Of a DNA stretch of 64,000 nucleotides, positions 8,481 to 16,550 are shown piece by piece; the stretch's first letter is position 1; the number at the start of each line of letters is the position of its first letter. Below the pieces are notes generated by a model. It was given only the letters and a program-made list of their open reading frames with translations, made no database searches and was not told the origin of the DNA. This stretch comes from Chthonomonas calidirosea (GTDB lineage Bacteria; Armatimonadota; Fimbriimonadia; Fimbriimonadales; Fimbriimonadaceae), in contig CAMAPH010000002.1 in the NCBI GenBank assembly GCA_945859975.1, positions 109,627 to 173,626 of the forward strand. Reading direction: 5' to 3'. Made by a program: the position numbers and the translations under genes.

Positions 8481-10439
8481 ATGCTCAAATCCACCCTGTT
8501 GGATGCCCTACAAGATCGCGTGCTCATTTATGACGGCGCGATGGGGACGCAGATCCAAGGGTCGAACCTGACCGATGCCGACTTCATTCTCCGGCCGGAG
8601 CATGGCCACTCTCCTGCCCTGGCGGCTGCCGCCGAGCGACTGAATGGCACTTTGCTGGATGGCTGCAACGAAATCCTCAGCATCACCCGGCCCGAAGTCA
8701 TTCGCAATATCCACGCGGCGTACTTTGCGGCGGGTTCTGATCTGGTGGAAACCAACACGTTTGGTGGAACCTCGATTGTCCTTGCCGAATACGACATTCC
8801 CGAACTCGTTTATGACCTGAGCCTGGCGAGCGCTCGAATCGCAAAAGAAGCAGCGATCGCCGCGAGTACCACCGCCAAGCCACGATGGGTTGTTGGAGCT
8901 TTGGGTCCAGGCACGAAGCTGATCTCGCTCGGCCAGACCACTTGGGAAGAACTAGAGGAAACCTACAAAACGGGATTCGTTGGACTCATCGAGGGTGGCG
9001 CGGATGCGCTGCTTCTGGAAACTCTCCAAGACTTGCTGATGGTGAAGGCCGGGGTTGTCGCGGCCGAGAAGGCGATGGCCGAGACTGGCAAGCGCCTTCC
9101 CCTCTTTGTCCAAGTCACGATGGAGCAGACCGGAACCATGCTCCTCGGCTCCGAAATCGGCGCCGCCCTCAACATGCTGGAGGCATTCCCGAGCGTCGTC
9201 AGCTTCGGCATGAACTGCGCGACTGGCCCGGTCGAAATGGCTCCTCACGTCCGATTCCTTGGTCAGAACTCGACCCGCCCAATCGCCATTCAGCCCAACG
9301 CGGGACTACCGCAAATGGAAGCTGGGCGAGCGGTTTACAAGCTGAGTCCTGACGATCTTGCTGGCCACCACGACCGGTTCGTTTCTGAAATGGGAGTCGC
9401 CCTCTGCGGCGGCTGTTGCGGCACGACACCTGCACACCTCAAGGCGGTGGCCGATGCCGTCGGCGGTCGCCGGCATCAGGACAACGCACACTGGCAAAAG
9501 AGCCGAGCCGTGTTTCCCGGATTCGATTTTGAGATTAAGCAACCCGAGCAGGCCGATGCGTTTGCCCTCGTCGGGTGCTCGTCGCTCTACCAATTCCAGC
9601 CGTACGTTCAAGACAACAGCTACCTGATCATCGGCGAAAAGACAAACGCCAATGGTTCGCGTGCCTTCCGCGACATGCTGGCAGCGGAGAACTGGGATGG
9701 CCTGACGGAGCTCGCTCGGGAACTGGAGGGCGAAGGCTCGCACATTCTTGACGTGTGTGCCGCCTACGTTGGTCGCGACGAAGTTAGGGACATGAAGTCT
9801 TTGCTGGCCAACTACAACCAGCACATCACGGTGCCGATCATGATCGACTCGACCGAGGTTCCGGTGATGGAAGCGTCGCTTCAGGCATTGGCAGGCAAGC
9901 CGATCATCAACTCGATCAACTTTGAGGACGGTGATGACCGTGCCCGAAAGGTTCTGGGCTTAGCGCGAAAGTACGGCGCCGGCGTGGTTGCGCTGACGAT
10001 CAACGAAGACGGCATGGCCAAAACCGCCGAGAAGAAGTTGGAGATCACGGACCGACTGATCGCCCTGACTCGCGAGTTCGGATTGCCCGACCACGATGTC
10101 TTCATCGATACTCTCACCTTCACTTTGGGTTCGGGCGACGAAGAATTCCGCACCGCAGCCATTGAAACGATTGAGGCCATCAAGGGGGTTAAGGAGCGGT
10201 ACCCGAGGGTGAACCTGACGCTTGGCGTTAGCAACATCAGCTTCGGCCTCAAGCCCGCTTCGCGGCAGATTCTGAACAGCGCATTCCTGCACTTTGCCCG
10301 TGAAGCTGGGCTAACGAGTGCCATCGTCCACTTCAGCAAAATCCTTCCGGACAACCGGATTCATCCCGACATCTGGAAAATCGCTTCGGACCTCGTCTTC
10401 GATCGTCGCGAGTTTGCCGAAGCACCCGTCGAAGCATAA
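8481..10439 (+). CDS. metH: B12-dependent methionine synthase, N-terminal half (homocysteine-binding + pterin-binding domains only)
   Basis: DGAMGT, ETNTFG, GMNCATGP, GGCCGT, IGEKTN, IDST and GVSNISFG; stops before the cobalamin-binding domain. Confidence 0.9.
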   Translation: MLKSTLLDALQDRVLIYDGAMGTQIQGSNLTDADFILRPEHGHSPALAAAAERLNGTLLDGCNEILSITRPEVIRNIHAAYFAAGSDLVETNTFGGTSIVLAEYDIPELVYDLSLASARIAKEAAIAASTTAKPRWVVGALGPGTKLISLGQTTWEELEETYKTGFVGLIEGGADALLLETLQDLLMVKAGVVAAEKAMAETGKRLPLFVQVTMEQTGTMLLGSEIGAALNMLEAFPSVVSFGMNCATGPVEMAPHVRFLGQNSTRPIAIQPNAGLPQMEAGRAVYKLSPDDLAGHHDRFVSEMGVALCGGCCGTTPAHLKAVADAVGGRRHQDNAHWQKSRAVFPGFDFEIKQPEQADAFALVGCSSLYQFQPYVQDNSYLIIGEKTNANGSRAFRDMLAAENWDGLTELARELEGEGSHILDVCAAYVGRDEVRDMKSLLANYNQHITVPIMIDSTEVPVMEASLQALAGKPIINSINFEDGDDRARKVLGLARKYGAGVVALTINEDGMAKTAEKKLEITDRLIALTREFGLPDHDVFIDTLTFTLGSGDEEFRTAAIETIEAIKGVKERYPRVNLTLGVSNISFGLKPASRQILNSAFLHFAREAGLTSAIVHFSKILPDNRIHPDIWKIASDLVFDRREFAEAPVEA

Positions 10440-10468
10440 AAAATGCCCTCGGTCAAAGACCGAGGGCA
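10438..10468 (-). terminator. Intrinsic terminator for the DUF4394 gene
   Basis: AAAAAA-TGCCCTCGGTC-aaa-GACCGAGGGCA. Confidence 0.8.
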
Positions 10469-10495
10469 AACGGGCAATGGCCCTAACTCAGTTGA

Positions 10496-11281
10496 TCAGT
10501 CTCGGGTGTCGAAGCAGAAAGCGATCACTCGATCGGAGCCTCGGAAAGCTCCGTAAAGGGTAAGCGCCCCAGTTGCTAGGTCGATCTGGTGGATCGTGCT
10601 TGAGCTTGAGCCCGGAAGGTTCACAACGATGAAGCCGCGGTTCTTGCCGCTTCGGCTGTAAATATCAAAGCTCGTTCTGTCGTCCAGGTCGACGCCAAGG
10701 TTTGCAACCACGGTCAGGGTGCCATCATTGGGTGGACTCTGGAGAACGAGGGCATCGAGTTCGGAATCGATGTTATAGAGAGCGGTCGAAGTTGCACCAG
10801 CGAAGCTATTGGTGTAGGCCGAAGCGACGATGTTCGGCGCGGTTGCGGTACCGAAGGAAAGGGTTCCATCGATGAGGGCAACGCCGGTTTCAACGTTTAC
10901 GCGCAGGTTCTGGTTCTGCGTGCTGGTGATCCGAAGTCGGTCTGGGACCGGATTGAAGTCAACTCCGAACTTGGAGCCGTTCAGCATCGTCGAGATCAGC
11001 GAAGCCGGGGTTGCGTTTGCGGTGAGCGGGTTGATGGTGTACAGGTTGCCGAAGCTACCGACGCCGTAGACCATGCCGGTGGCCGGTCGCGAATCGATTC
11101 CAACGATCTTTTCATTCGGAGCAAGACCGGTAATCGCCAAGGTGTAGTAAGGCGATTGAGGTGACGTATGCTCAAAGGAAACAAAGTTTCCAGATTCCGT
11201 GACCGCGTAGGAACGAACGGCGTGAGCGCTTGCAACAGCAGCTCCAAGAACAACGAAAGCAAGGATCCGATTTGTTTTCAT
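10496..11281 (-). CDS. Secreted DUF4394 domain protein
   Basis: GIDSRPATG, GVDFNPVPDRLR, AYTNS and LQSPPNDGTL; signal peptide. Confidence 0.88.
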   Translation of the reverse strand: MKTNRILAFVVLGAAVASAHAVRSYAVTESGNFVSFEHTSPQSPYYTLAITGLAPNEKIVGIDSRPATGMVYGVGSFGNLYTINPLTANATPASLISTMLNGSKFGVDFNPVPDRLRITSTQNQNLRVNVETGVALIDGTLSFGTATAPNIVASAYTNSFAGATSTALYNIDSELDALVLQSPPNDGTLTVVANLGVDLDDRTSFDIYSRSGKNRGFIVVNLPGSSSSTIHQIDLATGALTLYGAFRGSDRVIAFCFDTRD

Positions 11282-11439
11282 AAGAATCTCCAGCAAGCTG
11301 GGCATTTTGATTATAACCTTAATTGCTCTTTTGTGCGCACTTTTTTACTTTCGTGCCTTGTTTTTGATCTTTTTCAACATCTAGTCGGAGTGAGGGTTTT
11401 TTCGATGCGCTTGGGGTATCCTTTCTTGTTCACGACGTT

Positions 11440-11724
11440 ATGGCAAACCTGAAGTCAAGCAAGAAGGATATGCGACGAAGCCGACGAAAGTCGCTCGTCA
11501 ACAAGTCGGTCAAGAGCGCGCTCAAGACCTACATCAAGAAAGTTAAGGTCGCGGCCGCAGTTGCCGCTCCGGATGCTGACGCGATTCAGAGCGCCCTTAC
11601 CCTCGCGGTGAAGGCACTGGACAAGGCTGCTCAGAACGGAACGATCCACAAGAACCAGGCGGCACGCCGAAAGAGCCGAATTGCCAAGGCTGCAAACGCT
11701 GCCAAAGCTAAGCTCGCTGCCTAA
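11440..11724 (+). CDS. rpsT: 30S ribosomal protein S20
   Basis: MANLKSSKK...KSALKT...DKAA...IHKNQAARRKSR. Confidence 0.97.
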   Translation: MANLKSSKKDMRRSRRKSLVNKSVKSALKTYIKKVKVAAAVAAPDADAIQSALTLAVKALDKAAQNGTIHKNQAARRKSRIAKAANAAKAKLAA

Positions 11725-11735
11725 ATTCACTTTCT

Positions 11736-11772
11736 AAAGCCCTCGATGAGATAACTCATCGAGGGCTTTTTT
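11736..11772 (+). terminator. rpsT intrinsic terminator
   Basis: AAAGCCCTCGATGAG-ataa-CTCATCGAGGGCTTTTTT. Confidence 0.9.
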
Positions 11773-11776
11773 ACGC

Positions 11777-12451
11777 CTACTTGATCTCGACGGCTTCGAG
11801 TTCGAACACGAGGGTTGCGTCCGGTGGAATGACCCCGCCGGCACCCTGCGAACCATAACCCAAAGTTGGTGGGATTGTGACCGTGCGCTTTTCGCCCTTG
11901 CGCATGCCGAGAATTCCTTGCTCGAATCCAGGAATGACTTGCTGCGCGCCAAGTTTCACGGCTATCGGCTCGCCGCGAGTGTAGCTTGAATCAAACTGCT
12001 TGCCACCCTTAAGCGTGCCCTTATAGTGAATCTTGACATCCGAACCGACAACGGCTGCTGGACCAGATCCCTTCTTTGTAACCTTGAACGTTGCTCGCTC
12101 GATCGCTTTAAGCGTCACATCAAACAGCAAAGTTGAATTCGCCGGGATGTCGCCCTGAGCTTGGTCACGATAGCCCATCTCCGGCGGAATACGAAGGCTT
12201 CTCTTGCCGCCAACTTTCATACCGGCCACTCCCTTATCCCAGCCCTCGATTACCTGACCGACTCCGAGGCGGAACCGGAACGGGGCACGGCCGATGCTGG
12301 AATCAAACTTCTTGCCGTTTGTGAGGGTGCCGGTGTAATCCACCACCACAAAGTCCAGCGCCTGAGCCGCTTGGCCGCTGCCTACCTTAACGTCCTTCAC
12401 TACCATCTTCTCTGCGCTCATCATCGCAATTGCCGCAACCGTGGCTAACAT
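11777..12451 (-). CDS. FKBP-type peptidyl-prolyl isomerase with two FKBP domains
   Basis: Two copies of Y.G.L..GK.FDSS...VI.G...GM..G.KR...IPP..GY...IP...TL.F. Confidence 0.93.
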   Translation of the reverse strand: MLATVAAIAMMSAEKMVVKDVKVGSGQAAQALDFVVVDYTGTLTNGKKFDSSIGRAPFRFRLGVGQVIEGWDKGVAGMKVGGKRSLRIPPEMGYRDQAQGDIPANSTLLFDVTLKAIERATFKVTKKGSGPAAVVGSDVKIHYKGTLKGGKQFDSSYTRGEPIAVKLGAQQVIPGFEQGILGMRKGEKRTVTIPPTLGYGSQGAGGVIPPDATLVFELEAVEIK

Positions 12452-12508
12452 GCTGGCAGGGTACCCGTCGATATTCTCACTGCGTTCCCTCGAAGATATA
12501 CTGACCGA

Positions 12509-13114
12509 GTGCGGAAATGGATGCCTCTGCTCGGATGGATTGCCTTGTTCTCGGCAGCAAGCGGCCAAACGGCGGTTCCACAAGGTTCAACCCCGACCGA
12601 AACGCTGAACCAATACGATGACCCCGTAGTGCGGCGTACCGTTTCGCTGGCTGGAAACTATTCCGTCACCGAAATTCTCGACTTCATGAAGTCGTTTAGC
12701 GTCAACTTCGTCGTCCCGGCACGAACGGACCTCGATACGTTCCGGCTTCGTCTGAACATCCAAGACAAGCCTCTGCGCGACATCATGGTTTGCGTTTCGA
12801 CCGCGATGAACGGCACTTGGATTTATCAAGCCGGGATTTACATCTTGCGGCTACCCGGCACTGACCTTGTTCGCACGGCCGCACCGGCGCCAAAGTCGCC
12901 CAATCCCAACGCGATTCTGCCTAAGCTGTCCGACGACGAATTCACGCGACTTCGCGAAGCCGCGGAACAAATGAAGGCGAAGCCACCAACGCCGAAGCCG
13001 GCTCCCGCCCCCAAGGTCGCGCCGAAGAAAGTGACCACAAAGAAGCCGACCACGCGAAAGCCAACGGTAAGAAGAACTTCGTCGAAGCGAAAGAGATCAT
13101 CCTCGCGGCGTTAA
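12509..13114 (+). CDS. Hypothetical secreted protein with Pro/Lys/Arg-rich tail (N-domain weakly like secretin/TonB N-domains)
   Basis: Signal peptide; low-complexity basic C-terminus. Confidence 0.65.
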   Translation: MRKWMPLLGWIALFSAASGQTAVPQGSTPTETLNQYDDPVVRRTVSLAGNYSVTEILDFMKSFSVNFVVPARTDLDTFRLRLNIQDKPLRDIMVCVSTAMNGTWIYQAGIYILRLPGTDLVRTAAPAPKSPNPNAILPKLSDDEFTRLREAAEQMKAKPPTPKPAPAPKVAPKKVTTKKPTTRKPTVRRTSSKRKRSSSRR

Positions 13115-13139
13115 GCGCCGTTCCGGGTAACACCGGCAA

Positions 13140-14141
13140 ATGGAATATCGATCCCTCGGCCGCACTGGCATCCAAGTTTCCGTTGCCTGTTTCGGCACCA
13201 TGACGTTCGGCTGGGACCCGGAAGATTGGGGCAGTTCCGAGGAGGCGTCGATCCAGATCACGAACACTGCCCTCGATCTGGGGATCAACTTTTTCGATAC
13301 CGCCGACGTGTACGCCCGCGGCGTCAGCGAAACCATCCTTGGCAAAGCTCTCCAGGGCAAGCGCGCCGAAGTCGTGCTCGCGACAAAATGCCACGGCAAA
13401 ATGTCCGATTCAGACGTGAACGCGTCGGGCAATTCGTATCGGCATATCATCCTCGCGTGCGAAGCGTCATTGAAACGACTGGGCACGGACTACATCGACC
13501 TTTACCAAATTCACCGGCCCCAGCCGAGCGTTCCCATTGACGAAACCCTCCGGGCACTGGATGATCTGCGTCGGGCCGGAAAGATCCTTTATGCGGGTTG
13601 CTCAACGTTTGCGGCATGGCAAGTCTGCGAGGCGCACTACGTAGCCAAGGAGCTTGGCGCGGCTGGATTCGTCACCGAACAACCACCCTACAACCTCCTC
13701 GATCGACGCATCGAGCGTGAGCTTCTTCCCTTCTGCCGAACGTACGATTACGCTGTCATCCCTTGGTCACCGTTGGCGGGTGGAATGTTAAGCGGCAAGT
13801 ACCTCGATGCAAAGCCGGAAGAGGGACGCTACGCCAAGAGTGATCCGGGCGGACGGCTGGCGCAGCTGCCGATGGACAAGCTTCGTGAGTTCCAAACCGT
13901 GGCGACGGAACTTGAAATGAGCATGGCCAGCCTGGCGCTGGCCTGGGTTGCGAACCAGCCAGGAATCACCAGCCCAATCATCGGAGCAAGAAGCGAAACC
14001 CAACTGAAGGAATCGGCTGCTGCCCTTGAAATCAAACTGAGCGACGAGACGCTGAAAAAGATCGACAGCATCTTTGCGCCGGCGTCGCACTCTGTTGCTT
14101 ACTACAACGCAAACTTCGGGCCGAACGCACGAACTCGATAA
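13140..14141 (+). CDS. Aldo/keto reductase
   Basis: GTMTFG, FFDTADVY, SLKRLGTDYIDLYQIH and WSPLAGG. Confidence 0.95.
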   Translation: MEYRSLGRTGIQVSVACFGTMTFGWDPEDWGSSEEASIQITNTALDLGINFFDTADVYARGVSETILGKALQGKRAEVVLATKCHGKMSDSDVNASGNSYRHIILACEASLKRLGTDYIDLYQIHRPQPSVPIDETLRALDDLRRAGKILYAGCSTFAAWQVCEAHYVAKELGAAGFVTEQPPYNLLDRRIERELLPFCRTYDYAVIPWSPLAGGMLSGKYLDAKPEEGRYAKSDPGGRLAQLPMDKLREFQTVATELEMSMASLALAWVANQPGITSPIIGARSETQLKESAAALEIKLSDETLKKIDSIFAPASHSVAYYNANFGPNARTR

Positions 14142-14189
14142 TCTTGCACCTTCTCCCCGGTAGAGAGTGTCTTGAACTTCCGGGGAAAC

Positions 14190-14873
14190 ATGTTAGCGAA
14201 GGCGCTTGTATCTGAATTCGTAGGGACGTTCGCGATTTGTTTCGTTGCGTTAGCCGTGAAGGCCAATCTCGGCGAAGTACCGGGAGGTTTGCTCGGCATT
14301 GCCCTTGCAAATGGGCTGGTGGTGGCTTGCTTCGCCACGGCGGCGGGACCGATCAGTGGTGGACACTTTAACCCGGCGGTCACGATCGGTTTTTGGGTTG
14401 TCCGCAAGATGGATCACCTTCGGGCATTGACGTACATTGGCGCTCAACTTGCTGGTGCGGTCGCCGGTTCGTTCTTCGCGAGTTCTTCGTTCACAAACGA
14501 CCCGAACGTCGCCGCGAAAGGGCTTTCGGCGGTAGAGCTTGGGTCCACCGTCGGGGCTGCATTTGTCGCGGAGATCATTGCGACCTTCATGCTGATGTGG
14601 GTCATCTATGGCACAGCCGTAGATCAGCGACAGCCGAAGTTTGGTGCCTTGTACGTCGGACTATTTGTGGCCGTTGGCATCCTTGCCGTGGGACCGATCA
14701 GCAGCGGTGCCATGAATCCTGCCCGCTGGTTTGGACCCGCGGTGGTTACCGGAGATTTCAGCGCCTTAACGCTGTTTGTTGGTGGTCCGGTTGCCGGGGC
14801 CATCTTGGCATCTGTGGTTTATTCCTGGTTCTTAAAGGAAGACGCCAATAAAAAGCCCGAAGCTATCGCATAG
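14190..14873 (+). CDS. Aquaporin (MIP family)
   Basis: SGGHFNPAVT and AMNPAR NPA motifs; multiple transmembrane helices. Confidence 0.95.
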   Translation: MLAKALVSEFVGTFAICFVALAVKANLGEVPGGLLGIALANGLVVACFATAAGPISGGHFNPAVTIGFWVVRKMDHLRALTYIGAQLAGAVAGSFFASSSFTNDPNVAAKGLSAVELGSTVGAAFVAEIIATFMLMWVIYGTAVDQRQPKFGALYVGLFVAVGILAVGPISSGAMNPARWFGPAVVTGDFSALTLFVGGPVAGAILASVVYSWFLKEDANKKPEAIA

Positions 14874-14881
14874 CTTCGGGC
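14850..14881 (-). terminator. Terminator for the minus-strand pilin/lipoprotein unit, overlapping the aquaporin 3' end
   Basis: AAAAA-GCCCGAAGCTAT-cgc-ATAGCTTCGGGC. Confidence 0.7.
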
Positions 14882-14891
14882 AACTGGAATC

Positions 14892-15188
14892 TCAGAGTTC
14901 GCCAGCGGCAGCCATCTCGGCAAGCGTTTTGTAGTGCTTGTCAGCCTGTGCAGCGTCGTTGTTGTGATACTGCAAAAACGGAGCCTTTTCGGCCTCCGGT
15001 ACGGCGGCCCAACCGGCTTGTTTCTTAGCGGTTGCGGTCATTGCAGGAAGAAGCGCCTGCTTTGCGGGATCATCGCTGGTTTTTTCGACCTTTGCGGTCG
15101 AGTCAACCTTAACATTCTGGTCGTTGTTGGGTTCACATCCAACCAAAAGGATGGAAGTGAGGGCGACAAAAAAGAGGATCTTGTTCAT
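14892..15188 (-). CDS. Small lipoprotein
   Basis: MNKILFFVALTSILLVGC lipobox. Confidence 0.8.
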   Translation of the reverse strand: MNKILFFVALTSILLVGCEPNNDQNVKVDSTAKVEKTSDDPAKQALLPAMTATAKKQAGWAAVPEAEKAPFLQYHNNDAAQADKHYKTLAEMAAAGEL

Positions 15189-15192
15189 ATAC

Positions 15193-15221
15193 AAAAAGGC
15201 CCTCCGCTTTTGCGGAGGGCC
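15193..15221 (-). terminator. Intercistronic terminator/attenuator hairpin
   Basis: Minus strand GGCCCTCCGC-aaaa-GCGGAGGGCC-TTTTT. Confidence 0.8.
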
Positions 15222-15230
15222 ATGGGCTCT

Positions 15231-16241
15231 TTAGAGCTGAACTGGGAGACCCGAGATTGGGTCGAGGATGTTCTGGTTGTTAACCGTGTACATCTGAGCG
15301 CCCCACATGTATCGGTTTGGTGCGAGGGTTGCGTTGAACTTGGAGTACTTCGCAGATCCGTCGGCCATGCCGTAGTTGTCGCCTTCGTTCCATCGGAATG
15401 CCGAGTGGTACGAGATGAGTGGGTAGGTGCCTGCTGGGTTGCTCTTGCAGTTCGCGAAGACGTTTCGGACCTGGCCGAAGTTCAGCGCGTAAAGCACAGC
15501 AGTTGCAGCGTCGGTGTTCTCACCAAGGTACTGCTGGGTGTTAGCAGCATCTCGGGTAACGGCGTTGGTGGATCGGTGCGAAGAGTTTCGGATACCGGTT
15601 CCAAGCGACTGGCCGTTCAAGCACTCGAGGTTGTCGGTGAGACCAGCGATCATGATCGTGCTGGAGACCGCTGGAAGAACGGTCTGGCTGATAACCTTAA
15701 CGCCTGCGTTGAGGTCGTTGATGTTTCGAGCTCGTGGCATAACCGCACTGTTAACGGTGTACGAAAGTCGTGGAACCTGGTTGTCGATGATGAAGCCACC
15801 GAGCGAAGGCGTTCCTGGAGGGGTGTTGCCGCTGACTGCACATCGGTCAGCCTGCTGTCCGGATGGGAAGCCCTTTCCGCTGTTGTTGTTAGCCGAAGCG
15901 AAGCACGTTGGACCGTGACCGCGGAGGGTGTCTCCTGGGCTCACGAACATGTCAACGTTCTTGATGTATGGCTGGCAAACGCCGGACCAGTGCTCGTATC
16001 CGCCAGCGGTACCGCCAAGAGCTGGGCTGAATGCGCGGTGGAAGTAAGCCGATGGAAGAACGTCATCAGCATCGCCCGAGTAGATGAGGATGCCGAGCGC
16101 GGTCTGCTTGATGTTCGAAAGATCCTGAGTCTTCTTTGCAGCAGCCTTAGCCTGTGCGAAGACAGGGAATAGGATCGCGGCGAGAATTGCGATGATCGCG
16201 ATGACCACCAAGAGTTCAATCAGAGTAAATGCCTTTTTCAT
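15231..16241 (-). CDS. Prepilin-type N-terminal cleavage/methylation domain protein (DUF1559-like)
   Basis: MKKAFTLIELLVVIAIIAILAAILFPVFAQAK...LSNIKQ; C-terminal NYGMADGSAK. Confidence 0.92.
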   Translation of the reverse strand: MKKAFTLIELLVVIAIIAILAAILFPVFAQAKAAAKKTQDLSNIKQTALGILIYSGDADDVLPSAYFHRAFSPALGGTAGGYEHWSGVCQPYIKNVDMFVSPGDTLRGHGPTCFASANNNSGKGFPSGQQADRCAVSGNTPPGTPSLGGFIIDNQVPRLSYTVNSAVMPRARNINDLNAGVKVISQTVLPAVSSTIMIAGLTDNLECLNGQSLGTGIRNSSHRSTNAVTRDAANTQQYLGENTDAATAVLYALNFGQVRNVFANCKSNPAGTYPLISYHSAFRWNEGDNYGMADGSAKYSKFNATLAPNRYMWGAQMYTVNNQNILDPISGLPVQL

Positions 16242-16279
16242 GGTTGCGTTCCTCACGCAACGTATAGAGAACCCCGGGA

Positions 16280-16319
16280 AAGTTAAGACAGGGTTAACGA
16301 AATGTTAAGGCTTCGTAAA
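16280..16319 (-). promoter_or_regulatory. Pho-box-like/OmpR-type direct-repeat array
   Basis: GTTAA at 16282, 16293 and 16304 and GTAAA at 16315, an exact 11-bp period. Confidence 0.6.
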
Positions 16320-16496
16320 TTTTGACCTTCGTGATGCATTTCTTAGATCGAATTTTAATGCTGAAAATCGATGATTTGAACCTAAGTAGGTTGTAGGTTG
16401 AACCTACTCAACGGACAGGAGTACATTTAACAATGAATCGGCCTTGTTTTACTTGTAACACTTTTCAGTGACATTGGATGACAGGCCCTCTTAACG

Positions 16497-16531
16497 AAAA
16501 AACGCCCGAAACAACTGTTTCGGGCGTTTTT
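16497..16531. terminator. clpC terminator (bidirectional form)
   Basis: AAAAAACGCCCGAAACA-ac-TGTTTCGGGCGTTTTT. Confidence 0.85.
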
Positions 16532-16550
16532 GGTACTTCGAACCGCGAGC

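Noticed and set aside
14934..16172. Long plus-strand ORF (412 aa)
   Set aside because: Antisense shadow of the pilin-like gene
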